From a virus, in the IMG/VR virus record IMGVR_UViG_3300042451_001197, positions 42,820 through 106,819 of that record: a stretch of DNA of 64,000 nt, one strand, 5' to 3'. A program made the translations under genes and the position numbers. Shown here in pieces: positions 53,837 through 62,369 of the stretch; within the stretch, counting starts at the first letter, position 1; every line of letters begins with the position of its first letter. Below the pieces are notes generated by a model. That model was not told the DNA's origin, ran no database searches, and worked only from the letters and a program-made list of their open reading frames with translations.

Positions 53837-54334
53837 ATGGAATGTATATTATGTGGTAAAGAAACTAACAACCCTAAATTTTGTAGTAGGAGTTGTGCGG
53901 CTAAACATACTAATAAAATTTACCCTAAAAGAAAAACAAAAAAAACTTGTACAATATGTGGGGACCCTGTTAAAAGTTATAAACATAGCCATTGTGAGAA
54001 ACATCATAATGAATATGTTGAAAATAAAATTGAGACATTAAAAAATTTACCATTAAAAAGTTTTTGGAATAAAAAGTCATTAGAGTATTTACCTAAATCA
54101 TCTAAAAACGTTTATATTAGGAACTTTGCGAGAAGTCATTTTAAATATTTAACTGAAAAACCTTGTTATAATTGTGGGTATAATAAACACGTGGAATTGT
54201 GTCACATTAAACCTATTTCAAAATTTGATGAAGATTCAAAACTATGTGAGATTAATTGTGAAGATAATTTAATACAATTGTGTAGAAATTGTCATTGGGA
54301 ATTTGACAATGGTTTATTAAAAATTAATAAGTAG
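53837..54334 (+). CDS. HNH endonuclease with Zn ribbons
   Basis: C..C, FCSRSC, ELCHIKPI..N...NL..LC.NCH.EFD; likely start MECILCG. Confidence 0.85.
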   Translation: MECILCGKETNNPKFCSRSCAAKHTNKIYPKRKTKKTCTICGDPVKSYKHSHCEKHHNEYVENKIETLKNLPLKSFWNKKSLEYLPKSSKNVYIRNFARSHFKYLTEKPCYNCGYNKHVELCHIKPISKFDEDSKLCEINCEDNLIQLCRNCHWEFDNGLLKINK

Positions 54335-54408
54335 TGGTCCCGACAGGATTCCAACCTGTAACCCTCGTCTTAGAAGGACGATGCTCTATGCAGTTGAGCT
54401 ACGAAACC
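54335..54408 (-). tRNA. tRNA-Arg(TCT) with C19/G56 swap
   Basis: Cloverleaf; anticodon loop CT-TCT-AA; D loop CTGCAT; T loop TTGGAAT. Confidence 0.9.
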
Positions 54409-54414
54409 AATTTT

Positions 54415-54595
54415 AAGTCAGGACAGGATTCGAACCTGTATAATATAACAGCACACAATGAAGCAATTGGGTAGATGCCAACGATTTGTTATATCTATAT
54501 TCTACCTCGCCTTAAGCTTACCTTTCCGCTTTAGCGTCTAACCAAGCATCCAATAACCTATCAGAAGTTATTGTGACACATTCCGCCACCTGACT
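54415..54595 (-). ncRNA. tRNA-like RNA, same shell as 50380, larger inserts
   Basis: AGTCAGGTGGCGGAAT...TAGACGCT...ACAGGTTCGAATCCTGTCCTGACT. Confidence 0.65.
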
Positions 54596-54599
54596 ATTT

Positions 54600-54679
54600 G
54601 AGGATGAGAAGTCCTCTGTGTTGGTAGTCCAGTCATTCATACTACTGCTCGAATCTTCCTTTCTCAAGGGAACAACACT
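54600..54679 (-). ncRNA. structured RNA with kissing loops
   Basis: Stems GTGTTG/CAACAC, TTCC/GGAA, GTAGT/ACTAC, GAGGA/TCCTC; loops TGAGAA and TTCTCA are complementary. Confidence 0.6.
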
Positions 54680-54756
54680 TTTGCAACCTTTACAACATAC
54701 TACAATTTAGTATGAATGGGACATTCTGTTACAACGCTTTACCCACCAACGTTTTG

Positions 54757-54828
54757 TACTCCCAACGAGAATCGAACTCGTCTCTCATCCGTGAAAGGGA
54801 TGCGTCCTAACCGATAGACTATGGGAGC
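54757..54828 (-). tRNA. tRNA-Glu(TTC)
   Basis: Cloverleaf; CATCC-CTTTCAC-GGATG. Confidence 0.92.
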
Positions 54829-54835
54829 ATATCCG

Positions 54836-54922
54836 CGGAGGCTTAGGGATTCGAACCCCAGTTACAATTTCTTGTAAGTCAGTTTTCAAGACTGATGCGT
54901 TAAACCACTCTGCCAAACCTCC
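54836..54922 (-). tRNA. tRNA-Ser(TGA)
   Basis: Cloverleaf with long variable arm; TCAGT-CTTGAAA-ACTGA. Confidence 0.92.
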
Positions 54923-55447
54923 ATTAATATTTCATCTTTCAAAGAACAATACAAAGATAAGAATTTTATTTTACATTACCAAATCTTTATCAGGAACCGG
55001 AACATAACTCACAACCTTTCTTGAGACGGTAATGAAATATCCCTCACTCTGAGGGAAAGCCTTATCCAATCTTAATATGATATCGGTGGCTTCCCTCAAT
55101 GTATTAATAGACTTTTCGTGTGTTGCAAATACGTGTCTACCATTCTTACTAACATTTATCTCGTAACTCATATGTTTTATTTTTATAATACAAAGATACA
55201 AAATTTACTTTAATCTACCAAATTTATTTTTCTTCGTATTCGGGTAATTTTGTTGTAAATAATTTTTGTATACTATAACGGCTCATCCATTGAATATCGT
55301 CCCAATCACCATTGGTGGTTTTGATGTGTAAGTGCCACTTATTCATCCCACCAAAATCACTTGTATCTTTTACTGCTCTAAGGTTTCCCTCAATTACTTC
55401 GAAAGGTTTTATCTTGTTTTTCATAATACGAAGATACAAAATTTATT

Positions 55448-55876
55448 TTAACCCACCAAATTTTTCATAAGATATTTTGAACAATCGGTAATTTCTTTGT
55501 TTCTATAAGCGTCACAGACAACCCATTTACCCTCTTTTGTAAATAAATACCCATACTCTTGAATATCCCCTGAAAAATAAGATTCTTTACTACTATCAAT
55601 ATCAGGTTTATCATAAGAATCTCCCCTGTCTCTATGATAGGCTATGACAACATCTTCTTCAGGGCTGTTAAAAGAATGAGTTTCTTTTGTTGGTTCAACC
55701 AATGGCCTCAAAGAAGATAATGAACCCAATTCAATTAATTTTTTAACTTTATCCCTGTTTTTATAGTGTCTTTCCAATATAACCCCATTATTGTTGGGAT
55801 AACCATCCCAATGACAATAAACAGAACTTACACTTCCATCTTCATTTTCAATTCCAATTCTAGACCTTGTTGCCAT
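55448..55876 (-). CDS. conserved phage protein (MATRSRIG..YCHWDGY)
   Basis: Motif recognition. Confidence 0.75.
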   Translation of the reverse strand: MATRSRIGIENEDGSVSSVYCHWDGYPNNNGVILERHYKNRDKVKKLIELGSLSSLRPLVEPTKETHSFNSPEEDVVIAYHRDRGDSYDKPDIDSSKESYFSGDIQEYGYLFTKEGKWVVCDAYRNKEITDCSKYLMKNLVG

Positions 55877-55966
55877 ATCTCTTAATTTTAGAATACAAAG
55901 ATATAAAACTTTCTTTAATCCACAAAATAAAAAACCCCAAATTTTTTTACGAATTCGGGGGTTAAA

Positions 55967-56548
55967 TTATTTTTTAATCTGTTTAAGACATTTTTCACAT
56001 ATCCAAATTTTTTCTCTATCGACTTGTTTTATAGTTCCGCCGGCATCGTTCATTAAACATTGTTTATCATTAAAACAATGGTCTAATCCTAAATTATGAC
56101 CAACTTCGTGAACTACAACTTTTTTTAATCTTTCTTTTAGTAAAGAATCGTTAGCATTTCTTTTTAATCTAAAAGTTGAAACCACGCAAGTAGTTCCTGG
56201 AAAATCCCCCAACCCAAATATTCCCCATTCAGGGTATTTACCATCCTTACAAGCAATATCTTTTTCAGTAATAATAATTGTGTTGTTTTTAGAATTAAAT
56301 TTTTCTAAAATTTTAGACGCCTCGTATCTTGTTTTACTACCCGCCAAAATATCGTCAGTAAGGTTAACTTTAGGTTTTATATCGCATTTGTATTTATAAA
56401 AATTTTCTAAACAATTTTTAATTGTTTGTAGATATTCTTGATTAACATTACCTAGTGGCACAATAAAAATTATTTTTTTATCTAAATTTTTTTGACTAAA
56501 TAAATTGAATGAGGTGAGTAATGTGATTATTAATATTATATTTTTCAT
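55967..56548 (-). CDS. archaemetzincin-like Zn metalloprotease with signal peptide
   Basis: HEVGHNLGLDHC..CLM..C..C. Confidence 0.85.
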   Translation of the reverse strand: MKNIILIITLLTSFNLFSQKNLDKKIIFIVPLGNVNQEYLQTIKNCLENFYKYKCDIKPKVNLTDDILAGSKTRYEASKILEKFNSKNNTIIITEKDIACKDGKYPEWGIFGLGDFPGTTCVVSTFRLKRNANDSLLKERLKKVVVHEVGHNLGLDHCFNDKQCLMNDAGGTIKQVDREKIWICEKCLKQIKK

Positions 56549-56641
56549 ACTACAAAGGTAGTATTTTTTTACATAAATAAAAAAAAATATAACTATTTAA
56601 TTGTCAAATTATTACTTATTTACGATAAATTAAATGGTTTT

Positions 56642-57883
56642 TTATGCAACTCTAGTCGGTTCTACCGCACCTAAAGATTGAGGTGATGGGCAATTTTCAT
56701 AATTTAACATTTTATCAAAATAATTTTCAGCATTATTGACTAAATAATTATCACCTGTTTCACCAATATTAAAAACATAAGAATTAACCATATATTTTCT
56801 TAAAACAGGTAAAAACTCTGAAGGAACATTAATACATCCGTAAGACCTCGATAAATTTATTTTACCCACACCTATTGAATCTAGAAACTCTTTACTTACG
56901 TTGGGGTCATTTGGATTTGATAATAACTTTTTCGCATTTGCTAACGCAATTTCTCTAGGTTTCTCAAGATAGTACCCGTGAATTGCCTGTCCAATTTCTT
57001 TATTATCTTTAAATAAAGAAAGCATATTATCTTTATTACCCGCATATTCTTCGTCACTATCTAAACTTTTACCTGTAGTATATATCCCTTTAGGTAAAAA
57101 TTTAGTTCCACTCTTTTCAGTATCACTATATACTAATTCTGGGCTATATTTTCTATTTTTACCCGTTGTATCAACATATTGTTTTTTATTGGTATCCCAT
57201 TTAAATCCTAAATTTTTTACTTGGTCATCCCACCCAAGAAGAGCCTTGGCAATTGTTTTGGGGTCTTGAGATTGTTTATTCTCACCTGAAATTATTACAG
57301 ATTTTTGAACGAACTTACCATTTTTTTCGAAAACAAATATTAATTTTTGTAATGTGTCAACAATTATTAAATTTTTATCTTTATATCCAGGTCTTATCTT
57401 ATTTAAAGATAGTTCACAAGAGATTCTTTGTGGAAACCCTTGATTAGAAAAAATTTTAGCACCAATATTTAAAAATGTATTTATTTTTTCATAACTTTTA
57501 TAAGTTTGAAGTAATGTGTTTAAATCCTTAATATCTTTACTTTTATCACTTATAGTTGGGCAAAATTCACTATTTACATTAGTATTTTTACTTTTTATAT
57601 TTTCAGTTTGTAAAAATAAATTTCTATTTTTTATATTATCCCATTGTTTGATTGTTCTAGGTCCACAGGTACCAAACCCTTTATTAGCATCTTGTGGAAC
57701 ACCTTCAGGGTATTTTTCATGCCATCCCGGCACATTCTTATTTAACCACAATTGAAATTTTTTAACGGTTTCAGAATTACCTATAGGACAATTATTACTT
57801 TGTTCTTGCAAATTTATATTTTTTAACTTATACAAGTCAACAATTCTATTTTTTTCCTCTTCAGTAATAATTAATCTTTTCAT
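56642..57883 (-). CDS. L,D-transpeptidase-like cell-wall enzyme with peptidoglycan-binding-like N-domain and MKRLIITEEE leader
   Basis: VKKFQLWLN..GPRT; AIHG...SYGCINV. Confidence 0.65.
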   Translation of the reverse strand: MKRLIITEEEKNRIVDLYKLKNINLQEQSNNCPIGNSETVKKFQLWLNKNVPGWHEKYPEGVPQDANKGFGTCGPRTIKQWDNIKNRNLFLQTENIKSKNTNVNSEFCPTISDKSKDIKDLNTLLQTYKSYEKINTFLNIGAKIFSNQGFPQRISCELSLNKIRPGYKDKNLIIVDTLQKLIFVFEKNGKFVQKSVIISGENKQSQDPKTIAKALLGWDDQVKNLGFKWDTNKKQYVDTTGKNRKYSPELVYSDTEKSGTKFLPKGIYTTGKSLDSDEEYAGNKDNMLSLFKDNKEIGQAIHGYYLEKPREIALANAKKLLSNPNDPNVSKEFLDSIGVGKINLSRSYGCINVPSEFLPVLRKYMVNSYVFNIGETGDNYLVNNAENYFDKMLNYENCPSPQSLGAVEPTRVA

Positions 57884-58074
57884 ATTTATTTTCTTTATTA
57901 ACTATAAATATAATTAAAAATAAAAAACCCCAAATTTTTTTACAAATTCGGGGTCAATATTAACCAATAAATAAGAAAGGGTTGTTTGTTTTGGTATTAA
58001 ATAAATATATCGAAAAAATTAAAAGTTCAAAAAATATTTATTTTTTTTATTAAAATCAAAATATTTATTATAGT

Positions 58075-58413
58075 ATGTTAGTAACTATCAATGATGTTCA
58101 GTTTAAAGTTAAACTATTAAACACCCAAGAAGAGACTAGAAAAGGAATGATGGGTAAAGATTTTGATAAATCTTTTAGTGGAATGTTATTCGATATGGGT
58201 AAAGGTGAACATTGTTTTTGGATGAAAAATTGTATTATACCTCTCGATATCATCTTTATTAAAGATGATAAGATTTCAAAAATTCACCACAAATGTCCTC
58301 CTTGTAAAACAGAAGATTGTAAAAACTATTGTGGTAATGGTGAATATGTTCTTGAAGTAAAGGGCGGAACTTGTAAAAAATTAGGTATTAAGGTTGGTGA
58401 CTTAGTTGAATAG
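58075..58413 (+). CDS. DUF192 family protein
   Basis: GMM..GMLF..FWMKN..PLDIIFI..VLEV.GG..GIKVGD. Confidence 0.85.
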   Translation: MLVTINDVQFKVKLLNTQEETRKGMMGKDFDKSFSGMLFDMGKGEHCFWMKNCIIPLDIIFIKDDKISKIHHKCPPCKTEDCKNYCGNGEYVLEVKGGTCKKLGIKVGDLVE

Positions 58414-59863
58414 GTCTATAGTAGTACTTATCATTTCCACAATTAAAAATTCTATTATACCCCATTTCGGTCATTATTTGATGTTCGGTTTTATTTTTAT
58501 CGGCACCATTCTTAACTAATTTATGTTTCTGATAGTTAACACGATTTTCTCTAACCCCATTAACAACATAATGGTAATTAGGTTTTGTTCTGCCAACATA
58601 ATTAAAACCCAATTTTTTATATAATTCACCACTAGCCCAAGAAATATCGCAATATGATATCACCCCTAAAGGTTTATATTCATTAAGAAATGAATTAAAT
58701 AATTTTGACGCCCCTCCAATAACTGAGGTATTTAATTTATTACAAAATCTAACTAACTCATATTCACCATCTTTCACATTTTTATTCAAAACTTTTCTCA
58801 TTTTCATAAAAGTCATAAGTGAAACTAATTCGTTATTATAATATAACCCATAATTAATATTAGTATTAACAAACCCTTGTAAGTGATTTAGAGTTAAAAA
58901 GTGTTTAACAATTTCTTTATCCGTTATTTTTCTAATTTCAGTTTTACGAGCATAAATTTTTTCAGACTTATTTAAAAGATTTTTTATTATAGATTCAACG
59001 ATTTCTCTTTTCTTATCGAAATCATCTTCAAATATATGAATTAATCTTATATTATTTTTTTCACATAATAATGTTTTATTAATGTGGTAATCTTTATCAA
59101 CGAACAAATCGGAATGCCATCTTACTCCGTTGAATTCAAATCCCAACTTTAATTCAGGTATGTAAATATCAATTTCTTTTCTTTCTACTTTGAAGGAGGT
59201 TATAACCTCATTTTCATACACTTCACTTATTATTTTCCCCAATAAAATTTCTTTACCCGATACATTACTATCGATTGGTTTACAAATCGGACAAACTTCG
59301 GTACCTACAATTTTTCTATTTGAGAATATTCCTTTAGGTAATTTATTATCACCATGCAATTGACATCTAATTATGAAATTTTTATCGTCTTGATCAACAA
59401 CATCCGGATTTTTTTTCTTAAAATTTTCAAATGCAGTTTTTTTTATTTTCTCTCGTTCGATCGAACCTCTACTTTCTTTCCATAGTTCACTTTGTCTAAA
59501 ATGTTCAGTTCCCCATTTTTTTAAACTTGTTTGTTTTGATTTTTCTTTGAAAATTTTTGTCTTATACGGATTATTACCTCCGAATACCTCAATTAATTTT
59601 TTCTCTCTTTTTTCTTTACTACATTTAGTGGAACAACTATAATATCCACCATTATTAATGGATTTATTATATCTCCTTAATTGTATCTTGACATCTTTAC
59701 CACAAACATCACATTTGGCATCGACAATTAAATGACTTTGGGGGTTAACTAATTCTATGGGTAATTTATTAACTTGATTGAAAACAACGGGTATGTTATT
59801 TTTTCTATAATAATCACATACATTCCCAGTAATTCTTATTTCGAGTTCTTTAGTTAAAAGCAT
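58388..59863 (-). CDS. free-standing homing endonuclease, Hef-like PD-(D/E)xK
   Basis: IDIYIPELKLGFEFNG..WHS..HIFED, then YARK..NHLQG..ELVRF..GGASKL; likely start MLLTKE. Confidence 0.75.
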   Translation of the reverse strand: MLLTKELEIRITGNVCDYYRKNNIPVVFNQVNKLPIELVNPQSHLIVDAKCDVCGKDVKIQLRRYNKSINNGGYYSCSTKCSKEKREKKLIEVFGGNNPYKTKIFKEKSKQTSLKKWGTEHFRQSELWKESRGSIEREKIKKTAFENFKKKNPDVVDQDDKNFIIRCQLHGDNKLPKGIFSNRKIVGTEVCPICKPIDSNVSGKEILLGKIISEVYENEVITSFKVERKEIDIYIPELKLGFEFNGVRWHSDLFVDKDYHINKTLLCEKNNIRLIHIFEDDFDKKREIVESIIKNLLNKSEKIYARKTEIRKITDKEIVKHFLTLNHLQGFVNTNINYGLYYNNELVSLMTFMKMRKVLNKNVKDGEYELVRFCNKLNTSVIGGASKLFNSFLNEYKPLGVISYCDISWASGELYKKLGFNYVGRTKPNYHYVVNGVRENRVNYQKHKLVKNGADKNKTEHQIMTEMGYNRIFNCGNDKYYYRPIQLSHQP

Positions 59864-59867
59864 AGTA

Positions 59868-59897
59868 AATGGTTTACTATAAATATAGTAAACCATT
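59868..59897. promoter_or_regulatory. perfect 14-bp-arm palindrome enclosing the TATTTAT promoter of the endonuclease
   Basis: AATGGTTTACTATA-AA-TATAGTAAACCATT. Confidence 0.75.
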
Positions 59898-59916
59898 CAT
59901 TTGTGTCCACCGATTT

Positions 59917-61386
59917 TTAAAAATATTTTCTTAAATGTTTTCTTATCGATTCTCTTAAATTCCGACTATTTTCTTCAATTTTTTGCTTCAATACATTCAC
60001 AAATTCGGATTGAACCATCTTCGTGAACTTAACATAGGGAGCATCTTCAGCATTAGGATCATATTTATATTTCCCTTCAGGTGGTCTTTTTGACCTTCCG
60101 AGATAATTTAAACTTGAAATGTTCGTAATACATTTGTGTCCCCCACTATTAGCCTGAATCAAATCCCAAGCATTTATGGTGACCCCATCAAGTAAAGTTT
60201 TTTCTTCTTCAGTCAAATCTTTAAATGGTTTATCCATAATTTCTTCAAGTCTTGATATTGATTCTTCATTTTTTGAATTAAACTTATCTCCGTATAACGC
60301 TTTAAAATCTTTGAATGTAAATCCTACCGACTCTTCACCGAATTCTTTTGAGCTTTCAGATATCCACTTAATAGTTGATAATGGAATTTCTTTTTCTTTT
60401 AATTTACCTTCCCATTTACTTAAAACCTCTTGCGCAATTTCGCCAAGATTTACTCCTTTAAGTTCTCTTTCTTTTTTAAATGGATTACAAGACGCTTGTA
60501 CTAAACCTAACGGCCAAGCAATAACTAAAAAGTCAGCTTCAGGATTGTTTTTAAATGGTGTATATCTATCATAAGAACCAGGAGAAGTCATCTTACCCCC
60601 ACCATACTGAACAATTATATTCCCATCAACTTTAACATTTGGGTGGGATTTCATCTGTTCAATATATGATTCTTTATTTTTTTGTAGTTGTGGAATTGTT
60701 GCGTAACCTTTTTCAGTCATTAAACGTTTTATGTTCAATAATATGCTAAGTAAAGATGGTTTTGAGGTCATTACAAGTTCCTCTAAAAAACCTGGTTTGT
60801 TTTTAAATGCTAATAATAATTTGTTTGTCACCAAACCCATTTTCATTTTATTAACCCCTGCCGATGAATCTTTATCTAATTTGAATAAATAATTTATAAC
60901 CTCGTCCACACTAATATCTTTTGACGCATAGTTCGCCGAATCTACCGTTGATATTAAAGTTAAGTCTTCGTTCGGGAATATTTCTTTTGGTGAAACAATT
61001 TGTGATATAGTTTCAACGTTTGATCTTGACGGCCTAAAACTTGTTGACGTTCCTTTTTCAACACCGGCTTGTCTATCGTGATGGTCTGTATGTATAATAA
61101 ACATTGGTTTCCCGTGAGCAAAATCAACTAAAACAGGCATAACATCACCACTCGCGTCATTCTTTTTTACGGCAAATTCTTTATCCCCGTATTGAATGAC
61201 GTGAGCATCGATAACTTTAATTCCGTTATTTTCGAGATACTCTCTAATAGCTATTGCGGTAGTTACTCCGTCAAGCTAAAGATCCTGGTGGAAGTAGATT
61301 TCCGCTTTTTTGTAGCGTTCTGCGAGAGATTTAATCCCTCTTAATCCACTTTCCGCCAGGACCGATTTGTTTTTTCTGGTAGTCAT
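59917..61386 (-). CDS. DHH-family phosphoesterase with in-frame TAG at codon 37 (CTT TAG CTT)
   Basis: ATG at 61386 in frame: ...IYFHQDL*LDGVTTA..LVDF..TDHH..SGGHK. Confidence 0.8.
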
Positions 61387-61399
61387 AGTTTATATTGTT

Positions 61400-62296
61400 T
61401 TATAATAAATATTTAGTTAATGAAAATAATTCGTCCAATGTTATAGAACATTTGTCTTGTTTTCTACAATTTTCGCTCTCCGTTAAAACTTCTAAATTTT
61501 CTTTAGCCGAAATTATTTTAGGTGGTACATTATTTTTAAATCCTTCAAAAATACTAAACTTATGGTCAATATGATAAAATCCTCTACCAATTTTTAACTG
61601 ATTAGGATTTATCGATTCTTTATGTAATTTATAATTTTTTGTTGTTAAAGACCTAACCTGTTTTTTATAATTTTCTATTTTTTTAATTTCTTCATCAGTC
61701 AATGAAAGTTTTAAAGAATCATAGTAACACTTTTCACATATGTATTTATTATTTTTTCTACTAAAGTTAAGATATTTCTTTATCAATAAGTGATTGTTAT
61801 TACATTTAACTTTCATTAAACTATTTTTACCATTTATTTTGACAATTTCAACTAAATTAAAATTTTTATCTTCTACAATTTTTTTTAAAAAAAATTCGTC
61901 TATTATGGGTTGATTTTTCTTTATTTTAACTTCGTTTTTTTTGGACGGGTTATTATCCCCAATCCACTTTTTAGAAAAAAAATCTTTCAATTTATTTAAT
62001 TTTTCAGTTTCTAAAAAATCCTCCCATTTTCTATGGTCTCCAAATCTACCATTACCTTCACCGGTACATTGGCATGGTCTACAAATTTGAGTCTGAAAAC
62101 TCATTTTTTCTTTTTTCAAATGACAAGCAGATATTGAATGTATTTTGTTAGGATATTTACAATTTTGGTTATCGCAAACCCAAATAACTTTAAAATTAGA
62201 TATTCCAGGTTTTTTACAGGTGATATTTTCATCAACTAATTCATAGTGAATTAATTTTTTTTTATTAAATCTAGGTTTCCAAATACTTTTTATCAT
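61400..62296 (-). CDS. free-standing HNH endonuclease
   Basis: Zn ribbons, GEGNGRFG, C-terminal HIDH..NL..EN..K. Confidence 0.8.
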   Translation of the reverse strand: MIKSIWKPRFNKKKLIHYELVDENITCKKPGISNFKVIWVCDNQNCKYPNKIHSISACHLKKEKMSFQTQICRPCQCTGEGNGRFGDHRKWEDFLETEKLNKLKDFFSKKWIGDNNPSKKNEVKIKKNQPIIDEFFLKKIVEDKNFNLVEIVKINGKNSLMKVKCNNNHLLIKKYLNFSRKNNKYICEKCYYDSLKLSLTDEEIKKIENYKKQVRSLTTKNYKLHKESINPNQLKIGRGFYHIDHKFSIFEGFKNNVPPKIISAKENLEVLTESENCRKQDKCSITLDELFSLTKYLL

Positions 62297-62369
62297 AAAG
62301 GAGGTTTTAATTATAAATATTTGTTTTTTATAAAAAACCCATCTAAATCGTTATGGAAGTAGTTATTTT

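Noticed and set aside
7216-55439. Apparent protein family beginning MYLCIM/MYLC (7216, 23457, 38974, 49342, 50506, 52336, 54971 and others)
   Set aside because: This is the TTG TAT CTT TGT ATT ATG promoter translated by the ORF caller; the real starts are downstream.
61276-61278. Genome-wide TAG reassignment (code 15) as the explanation for the in-frame stop
   Set aside because: Long genes are intact under the standard code and several end in TAG. Readthrough would also give HQDLxLDG, breaking the motif spacing.
61365-61386. Possible frameshift in the A-run at the start of the DHH gene
   Set aside because: Counting six A's shows the ATG at 61386 is already in frame.
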